The position numbers and the translations under genes are program-made. Of a stretch of DNA of 64,000 nucleotides, positions 17,194-26,264 are shown one piece after another. The DNA is taken from positions 1 to 64,000 of the forward strand of contig JBDKSP010000021.1 in NCBI GenBank assembly GCA_039680575.1, in the 5' to 3' direction. This DNA comes from Armatimonadota bacterium. Its GTDB lineage: Bacteria; Armatimonadota; UBA5829; DTLH01. The notes beneath the pieces were generated by a model. That model did not search any database and was not told the origin of the DNA. It saw only the letters and a program-made list of their open reading frames with translations. The number at the start of each line of letters is the position of its first letter. The stretch's first letter is position 1.

Positions 17194-18285
17194 TCAATAT
17201 GCCGGGATTTTCAAGTCCAACGGCTGGTTGATTGGTTCGGCTCCCAGTACAGCTATCTGGGAATCCTCATGAACGACTCTATTGGTCATTCTCTGCAATT
17301 CATTCACCTTTAGCCCGCAACCGATAACACAGTCAGTGATCCTCGTTCCTTTGCCGATCAATGCGCCGCTTCCGACTATGCTTCTGGCGACACTGGCTGC
17401 CTCGTCCACGAGACTGTTTTCACCGATTACAGCGAACGGTTTCAGCGTTGCGTTTTTCCGTACTTCAGCGCCTGTACCAAGGAAAAGCGGTCCGACCAAC
17501 TCAGCGGTCTGATGCACTTCAGCATCTTCGCCGATCCAGACACCTGGCTCTACTTCGGAACCTGTTATATCCAGTTGCGCTTTACCTGTCAATGCATCGA
17601 AATGAGCATTTCTATACTGATTAAGGTTGCCGACATCACACCAGTAACCCGGAAGGCGGCAGCCATAAACAGGTTCCATATTGCGGAGCATCCTGGGGAA
17701 CAGGTCGCGCGCAAAATCATAGACCGTGAAGTATGGAATGCAGCTCAATGCTTCAGGCTCAAGAACATAAATTCCCGCGTTGATCGTGGAAGAGAATACT
17801 TCGCTGGATCTCGGCTTTTCGAGGAACCTGGTGATCCTGCCGTCTGGCTCATGCTGGACAATACCGAAGTCGGTAGGGTCCTCCACCTGGTGAAGAAGCA
17901 TTGTTGCTATGGCTGATCTTCGTTTATGAAAGTCGAGCGCCGCTGTAAGATCGAAATCAGTAACGGCATCTCCGGAAACAACAATGAACGTATCATCTAT
18001 GTAAGGTTGAACGAGTTTGACTGCGCCTGCGGTGCCCTTGGGTTCTTCCTCAAGGGAATAACGGATATTTACTCCCCATTTGGAGCCGTCGCCGAAGTGT
18101 TCCGCGATCTCCTGGGATTCTGAGGAGAGCGCTACAATGATGTCTTGAATCCCATGCCGGCACAATAAGTCAATAGAGTGCTCCATGACGGGCTTGCTGA
18201 ATAATGGAAGCAGCGGCTTGGGTGCGCTCATTGTGAGCGGATGCAACCTTGTACCGTTACCTCCTGCCAGAATCACTGCTTGCAA
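17194..18285 (-). CDS. NDP-sugar synthase (mannose-1-phosphate guanylyltransferase-like)
   Basis: ILAGGNGTRLHPLT...PKPL, FLEKP, YWCDVG and hexapeptide C-terminus. Confidence 0.88.
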   Translation of the reverse strand: MQAVILAGGNGTRLHPLTMSAPKPLLPLFSKPVMEHSIDLLCRHGIQDIIVALSSESQEIAEHFGDGSKWGVNIRYSLEEEPKGTAGAVKLVQPYIDDTFIVVSGDAVTDFDLTAALDFHKRRSAIATMLLHQVEDPTDFGIVQHEPDGRITRFLEKPRSSEVFSSTINAGIYVLEPEALSCIPYFTVYDFARDLFPRMLRNMEPVYGCRLPGYWCDVGNLNQYRNAHFDALTGKAQLDITGSEVEPGVWIGEDAEVHQTAELVGPLFLGTGAEVRKNATLKPFAVIGENSLVDEAASVARSIVGSGALIGKGTRITDCVIGCGLKVNELQRMTNRVVHEDSQIAVLGAEPINQPLDLKIPAY

Positions 18286-18391
18286 TGATATGCGCCTCCT
18301 TGCAGTACCGCCTTTGATAGCCGGACTGATATATCCGTGTCAATAACGCGAGTTCCGAGCCGGTAAAATTACCGGTCTCGGCTGTTTGTAA

Positions 18392-18419
18392 TTATCGGCG
18401 GAGCACCTGTAAATCTTTA
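18392..18419 (-). promoter_or_regulatory. Sigma28 (FliA/WhiG)-type promoter
   Basis: TAAAGATT-N12-GCCGATAA on the minus strand. Confidence 0.6.
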
Positions 18420-18506
18420 CAGGTATATAAAGGTGACAGATAACAGGGAACAGGGACAGAAAAACTTTCAGCAATCAGCCGTCAACTATCAATTGGTGCT
18501 GCATTG

Positions 18507-18688
18507 GTAAGAGTTCACTCTTGCAAGAATTATATATCACCCTGAGCAACCAGCACGTCATCATGGATAGAAGCACGTCACCCTGAACTTGATTCAGGGT
18601 CCACTTTCTTCCTGGATGCTGAGTCAAGCTCAGCATGACGTTGTGATAATTCAGCATGGTGTTGTACTCATCAACTCTGAACTATTAC
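18507..18688. mobile_element. IS66-like MITE copy A
   Basis: Ends GTAAGAGTTCA/TGAACTATTAC; 8-bp TSD CTGCATTG (18499-18506, 18689-18696). Confidence 0.85.
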
Positions 18689-18761
18689 CTGCATTGACAG
18701 ACGATAAAATATCGGCTATATTGCAATGGTATTGCAATATAGCCGAAGGTGATGGTTTATT

Positions 18762-19985
18762 ATGTATCTATCTCGAACACTGGAAAACTTCGCCAAGGCA
18801 GTAGCAGGGCAGTTTCCAGTTCTGCTTGTCACGGGTGCACGGCAGGTCGGCAAAACGACGTTTCTTCAACACCTGAGAGAGCAGGAGCGCACTTATGTTT
18901 CCTTGGATGATCCATTGGTATTGGATCTAGCTAAAAGAGAGCCCGCTTTGTTCTTCCAGCGGTTTCGTCCTCCACTATTGATCGATGAAATACAATACGC
19001 ACCGGAACTCTTGCCTTACATAAAGATGGAAGTGGATAGCATACAGCAGCCAAATCTTTTCTGGATCACTGGTTCACAGCAGTTTCACTTGATGAAAGGT
19101 GTATCAGAATCTCTCGCCGGTCGTGTAGCTATTGTGCAGTTGCTGGGTTTTTCCAGACGGGAGATGATGGGCCAAAGCGCTGAATCGCAGCCATTCAGCT
19201 CTACGCCGTCTGACATAGCCGAAAGAGAGAAGAGCGGAGGTGTCCTTGGACTGCGCGAGCTTTACAGCTCGATCTGGAGGGGATCATTTCCGGCAATCAC
19301 CCTTAATCCCCAAATGGACAGGAACCTGTTCTACGCGTCCTATATTCAGACATATCTGCAGCGAGATGTAAGGGATCTATCAAGGGTTGGAGACGAAATG
19401 GCGTTCCTGCGCTTCCTTCGGATCGCCGCCGCACGAACTGGACAGATGCTGAATCTGTCGGAATTTGCTCGCGATGCCGATATTGCCGTCAATACGGCGA
19501 AGACTTGGCTTTCTATTCTCCAGACATCAGGTATCGTATACTTGCTGGAGCCATACCATACAAATCTAAGCAAGCGAATCATAAAAGCCCCGAAGCTATA
19601 TTTTCTAGACACCGGATTAGCGTCGTACCTTACCGAATGGTCGAGTCCAGAGACCCTTGAGGCAGGCGCAATGTCGGGTGCGATTCTAGAGACCTGGATA
19701 ATTGCAGAGTTGTTGAAGGGTTACTGGCACAATGGTCGGCAGGCACCTTTCTACTATTACCGGGACAAAGATAAGAAGGAAATAGACCTGCTGATAGTTC
19801 AAGATGGGATCATCCGCCCATTTGAGATTAAGAAAACCTCCTCGCCTTCCGTTGCCGATGTCCGTGCATTCAGTACGCTTGAGAAAATCGGCCTAACGGT
19901 AGGACCGGGTGGTGTAATATGCCTTGCTCAGCAATCACTTCCGATTACGAAGTCAGCGACAGTGATTCCGGTAGGGACGATGTGA
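18762..19985 (+). CDS. AAA+ ATP-binding protein (AAA_14 + DUF4143)
   Basis: GARQVGKTT, IDEIQY, KLYFLDTG and YYRD...EIDL...EIK motifs. Confidence 0.88.
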   Translation: MYLSRTLENFAKAVAGQFPVLLVTGARQVGKTTFLQHLREQERTYVSLDDPLVLDLAKREPALFFQRFRPPLLIDEIQYAPELLPYIKMEVDSIQQPNLFWITGSQQFHLMKGVSESLAGRVAIVQLLGFSRREMMGQSAESQPFSSTPSDIAEREKSGGVLGLRELYSSIWRGSFPAITLNPQMDRNLFYASYIQTYLQRDVRDLSRVGDEMAFLRFLRIAAARTGQMLNLSEFARDADIAVNTAKTWLSILQTSGIVYLLEPYHTNLSKRIIKAPKLYFLDTGLASYLTEWSSPETLEAGAMSGAILETWIIAELLKGYWHNGRQAPFYYYRDKDKKEIDLLIVQDGIIRPFEIKKTSSPSVADVRAFSTLEKIGLTVGPGGVICLAQQSLPITKSATVIPVGTM

Positions 19986-20050
19986 AGGAAACTGACATCC
20001 GACAGCTATTCCTGATATAATCATACACCACATTTGGGGAGAACCGGACA

Positions 20051-20890
20051 TTGCTATTCAACAGACGAAAAAGACGATTCATAACGCGAAGCCGTATAGT
20101 GATTGTCCTGCTATTACTTGCGGCTGTCCTTCATGTTTATGCACGGAAAATAGAGCCGCGTTGGATACAGGTGACACATTACGATGTGGAGCTTAATGGG
20201 TTGCCGAATTCGCTCGATGGCCTCAAAGTGGTTCAGCTCAGTGATACACATAGAAGCTGCAAAACCCCTGACTATATCATCAAGAAAGCTGTAAAGTTAG
20301 CCAACAGCGAATCTCCCGATATAATCGTCATAACCGGGGATTTTATCAACAAAGGTATCGAAAATGCGAAGCCCTGCGCGGAAATGCTGTCAAAATTGAA
20401 AGCGCCAAAGGGCATATATGGGGTGATGGGCAACCATGACTGCTGGTACGGAGCGGCTGATGTGACTCGTGCGCTCGAATCTAAGGGGATTCACGTGCTG
20501 ACCAACAAAAATCGCCAAGTAGCGCCCGGATTATACATAATCGGGATAGATGATGTCTGGTCAGGACATCCTGATGTTAATCGCGCATGGTCCGGCGTTG
20601 ATGAAAAAGCCGGTCAGATACTTCTCTCTCATTCACCGCTTGCCATGCCTGTCTTCAAAGATAGAAACTGTCTTGCGCTGACCGGTCATACTCATGGCGG
20701 GCAGTACACAATCCCGTTTATTCCCAGAAACAGGCTGCCGGGGCTAAGAGGCTCGCCCTACATAAGCGGATGGTACCGGGAAGGCAATGTTCAGATGTAT
20801 GTGAACAGGGGAATTGGCATGGCTGTCGTACCCGTTCGTTTCCTATGCAGGCCGGAGGTGACCGTCTTCACGTTGCGGAGCAGAAAATGA
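20051..20890 (+). CDS. Metallophosphoesterase (YkuE-like)
   Basis: SDTH, TGDF, GNHD, GHTHGGQ; N-terminal TM helix. Confidence 0.85.
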   Translation: MLFNRRKRRFITRSRIVIVLLLLAAVLHVYARKIEPRWIQVTHYDVELNGLPNSLDGLKVVQLSDTHRSCKTPDYIIKKAVKLANSESPDIIVITGDFINKGIENAKPCAEMLSKLKAPKGIYGVMGNHDCWYGAADVTRALESKGIHVLTNKNRQVAPGLYIIGIDDVWSGHPDVNRAWSGVDEKAGQILLSHSPLAMPVFKDRNCLALTGHTHGGQYTIPFIPRNRLPGLRGSPYISGWYREGNVQMYVNRGIGMAVVPVRFLCRPEVTVFTLRSRK

Positions 20891-20961
20891 AAAAGAGATC
20901 TGCTTGATGTTTTACCGGAAGTGTGGTACGCTTTCCCGTTGTTTATGGAGAGCAGTGCAAA

Positions 20962-22296
20962 ATGCCGTTATTTGATGATCAGGCAGACAAGATTGATTCA
21001 GGTGCGCCGCTTGCAGCAAGGATGCGTCCGAGGACTCTGGATGAATTTCTGGGACAGGAGCATATACTCGGCTCGGACAAGCTGCTCAGGCGCGCCATAG
21101 AGCGTGATGAGCTTACTTCCGTTATATTCTGGGGTCCTCCCGGCTGTGGGAAGAGCACCTTGGCTGGTATTATTGCAAATACGAGCCAGTCAGTGTTTGA
21201 AAACTTCAGCGCGGTCATATCGGGGATCGCAGATGTCAGAAAAGCCGTAGCAAAAGCAGATGAACGCCGCAAAACCTACGGGCAGAAGACGATTTTATTC
21301 GTCGATGAAATACATCGCTTCAACAAAGCCCAGCAGGATGCGTTTTTGCCGCATGTGGAAAGCGGCACTGTGGTTTTGATCGGTGCGACTACGGAAAACC
21401 CCTATTTTGAGGTCAACTCACCGCTTATCTCGCGTTCACGCATATTCAAGTTCGAGCCACTTACTAATAATAGCATCAAAGAGATCATATCAACCGCCAT
21501 TTTGGACCCCGAAAGAGGGTTCGGAAGCCTGAATGTGGAACTCGATCAGGATGCGCTCGATCATATTGTGAATGTGGCTGCTGGGGACGCCAGAAACGCG
21601 TTGAACGCGCTTGAACTTGCGGTTATGACGACACCTCCTGATGAGGCCGGCGTGCGGCAGGTAACTTTACAAATTGCTGAGGAAGCTATACAGCAGAGAG
21701 TGTTGAACTACGACAAAAATGGGGATAACCATTACGATACGATCTCTGCATTTATAAAATCGATGAGAGGCTCCGACCCGGACGCAGCCCTTTACTGGCT
21801 TGCACGGATGTTGCATGTGGGCGAAGATCCGAGGTTCATCGCCAGGAGGATAGTCATTCAATCCGCGGAAGATGTAGGCAACGCAGACCCGATGGCGCTT
21901 GTAGTTGCTACCGCGGCTGCTCAGGCGGTTGAATATGTCGGTATGCCGGAAGCTAGAATACCGCTGGCGCAGGCCGCGATTTATCTGGCCTGCGCGCCGA
22001 AGAGCAATGCAAGCTATCTGGGGATCAGCCGGGCTATGAAGGATGCCGCTGAGAGGCGCCCGGCTCCGGTCCCGGTGCATTTGCGTGATGCGGGCTATCC
22101 GGGAGCAAAAAAAATCGGGCATGGCAAGGGCTACAAGTATCCTCATGATTTTCCAGGCGGATACGCTCCTCAGGAATACGTTCCTGACGATGCTAAAAGC
22201 GGCAGATATTATGAACCGACGGAAAGAGGCCATGAAGCAAAGTTCAAGAAGCGGCTTGAGGCAATAAGAAAAGGTGCGGAGGACGTCGAGGAGTAA
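20962..22296 (+). CDS. rarA: Replication-associated recombination protein A
   Basis: [44 protein letters not shown]. Confidence 0.93.
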   Translation: MPLFDDQADKIDSGAPLAARMRPRTLDEFLGQEHILGSDKLLRRAIERDELTSVIFWGPPGCGKSTLAGIIANTSQSVFENFSAVISGIADVRKAVAKADERRKTYGQKTILFVDEIHRFNKAQQDAFLPHVESGTVVLIGATTENPYFEVNSPLISRSRIFKFEPLTNNSIKEIISTAILDPERGFGSLNVELDQDALDHIVNVAAGDARNALNALELAVMTTPPDEAGVRQVTLQIAEEAIQQRVLNYDKNGDNHYDTISAFIKSMRGSDPDAALYWLARMLHVGEDPRFIARRIVIQSAEDVGNADPMALVVATAAAQAVEYVGMPEARIPLAQAAIYLACAPKSNASYLGISRAMKDAAERRPAPVPVHLRDAGYPGAKKIGHGKGYKYPHDFPGGYAPQEYVPDDAKSGRYYEPTERGHEAKFKKRLEAIRKGAEDVEE

Positions 22297-23456
22297 TGAA
22301 CAATCGAGTAGCTGTAGCCATGAGCGGCGGAGTCGATAGTTCCGTTGCCGCGGCGATCCTTGTCGAGCAGGGGTATGAAGTAATCGGTGTTACAATGTGT
22401 CTGCTTAAGGGGTCTTTGGAACGGTCTACAGGTGCATGCTGCACACCGGAGTCCGTTGAAGATGCACGAAGAGTCGCCGCAAAGCTCGGAATCAGCCATT
22501 ACGTGATCCCGATGCAGGAACAGTTCGATAATTTTGTTATAGATAATTTCATAGAGGAATACAAACGGGGGCACACCCCGAACCCATGCATAAGGTGCAA
22601 CAGGTTTCTGAAATTCGATGTATTGATTGAATGGGCAAAATCAGTCGGAGCGGACAGGATTGCAACCGGGCATTACGCGGGAGTCAGATACGACGAAGAG
22701 TGCGGCAGATGGCTTCTTTTGCGCGGCAAGGACAGGTCGAAGGACCAGGCTTACGCACTCTATGCGCTTACGCAGCCGCAGCTGGAGAGGGTCATCTTTC
22801 CGCTTGGCGGAATGAAGAAAGTTGAGACGAGAAAGCGTGCAGCTGAGCTCGGGTTGAGAGTGGCGGACAAGCCGGACAGCCAGGAGATTTGCTTTGTACC
22901 GGGCAGAGATTATCCGGCTTTTCTGAGGGCTGTCGCTCCCGAGTTGGTCCAGCCGGGTCCAGTTGTCGATTTGGACGGTAAAGTGCTTGGCCAGCACCAG
23001 GGTATAGCTTTTTATACTGTCGGGCAGCGTAAGCGGCTTGGTATCAGTTCTCACGAACCAAGGTATGTAGTGAGGGTGGACAGTGAGACAAATACGGTTG
23101 TAGTCGGGGCGAATGAGGACCTTTTTGCTGGAACGCTTGTAGCAAAAGATCTGAACCTGATCTCGATTGAGAGCCTGCCTGATACCCTTGCCGTTACAGC
23201 GAAGATCAGATATAATACGAAAGATTCGCCGGCAGTCGTTCGCGGGCTGTTCAAAAATATGGCCGAGGTTGTATTCGAACAACCGCAAAGAGCAGTAACT
23301 CCGGGACAGGCTGTCGTGATGTATCAGGGCGAAATCGTGGTCGGAGGCGGGACTATCGCCGACGAACGGGAAGCCGAGGAGATAATCTCCCTTACGAAAG
23401 CACGAAAGGGAGAAAACACGAAAGAAGAGACAGGAAACAGGGAACAAAGGGCGTAA
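22296..23456 (+). CDS. mnmA: tRNA 2-thiouridine synthase
   Basis: AMSGGVDSS, TPNPCIRCN, ATGHYA, KPDSQEICF, YTVGQRK, AVTPGQ. Confidence 0.95.
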   Translation: MNNRVAVAMSGGVDSSVAAAILVEQGYEVIGVTMCLLKGSLERSTGACCTPESVEDARRVAAKLGISHYVIPMQEQFDNFVIDNFIEEYKRGHTPNPCIRCNRFLKFDVLIEWAKSVGADRIATGHYAGVRYDEECGRWLLLRGKDRSKDQAYALYALTQPQLERVIFPLGGMKKVETRKRAAELGLRVADKPDSQEICFVPGRDYPAFLRAVAPELVQPGPVVDLDGKVLGQHQGIAFYTVGQRKRLGISSHEPRYVVRVDSETNTVVVGANEDLFAGTLVAKDLNLISIESLPDTLAVTAKIRYNTKDSPAVVRGLFKNMAEVVFEQPQRAVTPGQAVVMYQGEIVVGGGTIADEREAEEIISLTKARKGENTKEETGNREQRA

Positions 23457-23559
23457 GAGATAATTTATGGAGAATATGCATCGGCAAGCAGTCCGAAGCA
23501 GAAGTCTCCACCAATCCGAGAGGCTGGCTTCGGCGCAAAAGACACGCACGGAAGCATAC

Positions 23560-23728
23560 CTATAGAGTTTCAGGAGATAAAGTAACAGCCTTACAGCTAT
23601 ATAAACAGTTCTCTGATATAGCTTTATCTGTTAATTTTACACTTACACCTGAAACTCTTCCGGAGGATTTTCGGCAACAGCCAAAATATGATTGGCCGTT
23701 AATTAATCAGCCGAAAATCTATAGATTC
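23560..23728. repeat. Double-hairpin repeat element, also nested in MITE copies D and E
   Basis: GAGTTTCAGG...CCTGAAACTC and GATTTTCGGC...GCCGAAAATC arms, matching the reverse complement of 41634-41705. Confidence 0.7.
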
Positions 23729-23755
23729 TGAATCCTGTTTTGGAGGCATTGGCGA

Positions 23756-24175
23756 GTGCTGCAAGGTTTGTTAGTTGCCGCTGTAGTAATAAACAGCCTG
23801 GTCCTGCTGGCTGTGGTCATAGCAGGGATTCTGATTGTCAAAAGGATCAGCAGGGCTGCAGATGCAGCGGAAGATGCAATAAATAATGTTCGTGATGAGC
23901 TGCCGACAACAATTAAAACAGCGAACGATACGCTGCGGGCAGCTCAAAGCACGCTAAAGTCAGTAGACAGGCTGGCAGACAGGACCACTGAGGAGCTTTA
24001 CAGGGTAGATGATATTCTGGCATCAATAGACAAGCTGCTTAGAGGTGTGACTGTCGCAGATGCCGCTGTAAAGGTGGTCAAAAGTACACATTCGACAGCC
24101 GCTGGTGTACTGGCTGGAATCAAGGAAGCTCTGCGGGTTTTTCATTCATCAGCAGGGAAAACAAAGGAGGATTAG
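23756..24175 (+). CDS. DUF948/YoxC-like membrane protein
   Basis: N-terminal TM plus coiled coil, upstream of a YtxH-like gene. Confidence 0.65.
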   Translation: MLQGLLVAAVVINSLVLLAVVIAGILIVKRISRAADAAEDAINNVRDELPTTIKTANDTLRAAQSTLKSVDRLADRTTEELYRVDDILASIDKLLRGVTVADAAVKVVKSTHSTAAGVLAGIKEALRVFHSSAGKTKED

Positions 24176-24179
24176 GGAT

Positions 24180-24446
24180 ATGAGTAATAACGAAGAGAAA
24201 GGTGTTGCTCTGAACTTTCTGGCAGGAGTTGGTATAGGTGCAATAATCGGTGCAGGAATAGCGCTTTTGTTTGCACCCAAATCAGGTACTGAGACTCGCG
24301 ATGATATCAAAAACGCGATGCATGAACTGTCAAAATCGACGGAAGACCTTCGAAATAAAAGCGCTGAGATAGTCGAATCAGCGAAAGCCAGAGTCCAGGA
24401 GACCATAAATAGAAGACGGATAGGTGAAGAGTCTGAAGAGGCCTAA
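24180..24446 (+). CDS. YtxH-domain general stress protein
   Basis: FLAGVGIGAIIGAGIALLFAPKSGTETR. Confidence 0.85.
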   Translation: MSNNEEKGVALNFLAGVGIGAIIGAGIALLFAPKSGTETRDDIKNAMHELSKSTEDLRNKSAEIVESAKARVQETINRRRIGEESEEA

Positions 24447-24577
24447 TCCAAAATCCGAAAACTCCTCAAAATGGAACGTTTCTATTTGGGATATACGTAG
24501 GCTTTCAGGGGAATGATTAGAGTAGGATTCACTACCGTGCTGTGGTCCATTTCAGGGCAGAATGGAGTGATATCGAA

Positions 24578-24931
24578 GTGAATTTCAGTATAGATACATA
24601 CAATATGGAAAGCGGTGTGCCGGTCATAAAACTGACCGGTGAAGTCGACGTCTATACCGCGCCGCAGCTAAAGCAGCAGATGATAGGAATGCTCGAAGCA
24701 GGCGCGAATCAGATTCTCATTGATCTTACGGAAGTCGAGTACTTCGACAGCACAGCTCTTGGTGTGCTGATCGGGGGCCTCAAGCGGATGAGGGAACGTG
24801 ACGGTAACCTATCGCTGATATGCCCGAACCCAAGGATCCGCCGGGTTTTCGAGATAACCGGGCTGGACAAGATTTTTGACATCTACAACAGCGCAGATGA
24901 AGCAAAAATCGCGATCCAACTGGTACCGTGA
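24578..24931 (+). CDS. rsbV: Anti-sigma factor antagonist (STAS, RsbV-like)
   Basis: GEVDVYTAP, YFDSTALGVL and VFEITGLD motifs. Confidence 0.85.
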   Translation: MNFSIDTYNMESGVPVIKLTGEVDVYTAPQLKQQMIGMLEAGANQILIDLTEVEYFDSTALGVLIGGLKRMRERDGNLSLICPNPRIRRVFEITGLDKIFDIYNSADEAKIAIQLVP

Positions 24932-25004
24932 TCACAATGAGAATCGGTATAACCGGCGGAGCATTACTCCCGTTGGTTTCAGTAAGAGAAGGGAGCGTGG
25001 TTCG

Positions 25005-25421
25005 GTGGATGCTCAAAGTGAGCCCGCTGTTGTAGAGCTCAGGATACCTTGCAGGCCCGAATACGTCGGCGTTGCAAGACTGGCATTACTTGGCGTTGCA
25101 AGCAGGATGAAATTCTCATACGACCAGGTAGAAGATGTCAGGCTCGCTGTCGGAGAAGCCTGCACGACCTCGGTCGAGTGGGCCACAAAGAATAATCGGG
25201 CAGATACTGATATCGTTGTCAGAAGCAGTATCGCTGATACGAAACTGACAGTAGATATCATTGACAGTTCAGGTGAGCGGCGAGAGGCGCCCGCTGATCA
25301 GGAGAACGATAACGAGCCTGAAAGCCTTGGCGCGCTGCTGATAACGCTGCTCGTTGACGAGGTTACAGTGACACCAATTAACGGTGGCACACATGTCAAA
25401 ATGGTTAAATATGCGGGTTAA
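25005..25421 (+). CDS. rsbW: Anti-sigma factor/serine kinase (RsbW-like)
   Basis: EYVGVARL, DVRLAVGEACT and LGALLITLLVDEV; lies between STAS and sigma genes. Confidence 0.8.
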   Translation: MDAQSEPAVVELRIPCRPEYVGVARLALLGVASRMKFSYDQVEDVRLAVGEACTTSVEWATKNNRADTDIVVRSSIADTKLTVDIIDSSGERREAPADQENDNEPESLGALLITLLVDEVTVTPINGGTHVKMVKYAG

Positions 25422-25425
25422 TGCT

Positions 25426-26199
25426 ATGGCAACGCGAAGAAAGGGTGGCGTTGCGGGATGGACAGACGAAGAGACTGAGCAATTGTTTCGTCGTTATACC
25501 AGGACGCGAGACCCTCAAATTCGCGATCAGCTTGTCATAATGCATCAGAACCTGGTGCGTTTTTTGGCGGGCAAGTTTGCGAACAGGGGTGAGGCACTTG
25601 AGGATCTCGTTCAGGTCGGCGTCATCGGGCTTATAAATGCGATTGACAGGTTCGATCCTGAGCGGGGAACCAAGTTCTCGACCTATGCGACTCCAACAAT
25701 TGTAGGTGAGATCCGACGCCATTTCCGCGACAAAGCATGGAGCTTGAAAGTACCCCGCCGCCTGCAGGAGCTGAACCTTGCTGCAAATAAGGCTGCGGAG
25801 AGGTTAAGTCAATCACTCGGTCGCCCACCAACCATCCAGGATATTGCAAATGAAGTAGGCGCGACGGAAGAAGAGACGCTCGAAGCAATAGAACTTGGAA
25901 ACGCCTACGACACGGTCTCTCTGGACAGCAAGCTGTCTCATGAGGGGGAATCCGCACCGCTTACTCTTGCGGAATTCGTAGGTGGGATGGATGGGTCGCT
26001 GCAGAACATAGATACTTACGGTGACCTGAAACAGGCGATGGAGTGCCTTGAACCAAGAGAAAAGGCGATTATTTACTATCGCTTCTTTAAGGATATGTCT
26101 CAGACTGAGGTCGCGCGGAGACTGAACATCTCACAGATGCATGTTTCCAGACTTCAGCAAAAAGCGCTGAAACGGTTGAAAGACCTGCTCAACGAATAA
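25426..26199 (+). CDS. sigB: SigB/SigF/SigG-family sigma factor
   Basis: EDLVQVGVIGLINAIDRFDP, YATPTIVGEIRRHFRD and ISQMHVSRL motifs. Confidence 0.85.
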   Translation: MATRRKGGVAGWTDEETEQLFRRYTRTRDPQIRDQLVIMHQNLVRFLAGKFANRGEALEDLVQVGVIGLINAIDRFDPERGTKFSTYATPTIVGEIRRHFRDKAWSLKVPRRLQELNLAANKAAERLSQSLGRPPTIQDIANEVGATEEETLEAIELGNAYDTVSLDSKLSHEGESAPLTLAEFVGGMDGSLQNIDTYGDLKQAMECLEPREKAIIYYRFFKDMSQTEVARRLNISQMHVSRLQQKALKRLKDLLNE

Positions 26200-26264
26200 A
26201 AGAATGCATTCATCAAGGCGGAGGGGCTTACCATTGCCCTCCGCCATCACTGGTATCTCACACT

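Noticed and set aside
18475..18804. Small ORFs across the repeats (also 28326-28544, 39038-39298)
   Set aside because: Translations of MITE palindromes, not conserved in frame between copies.
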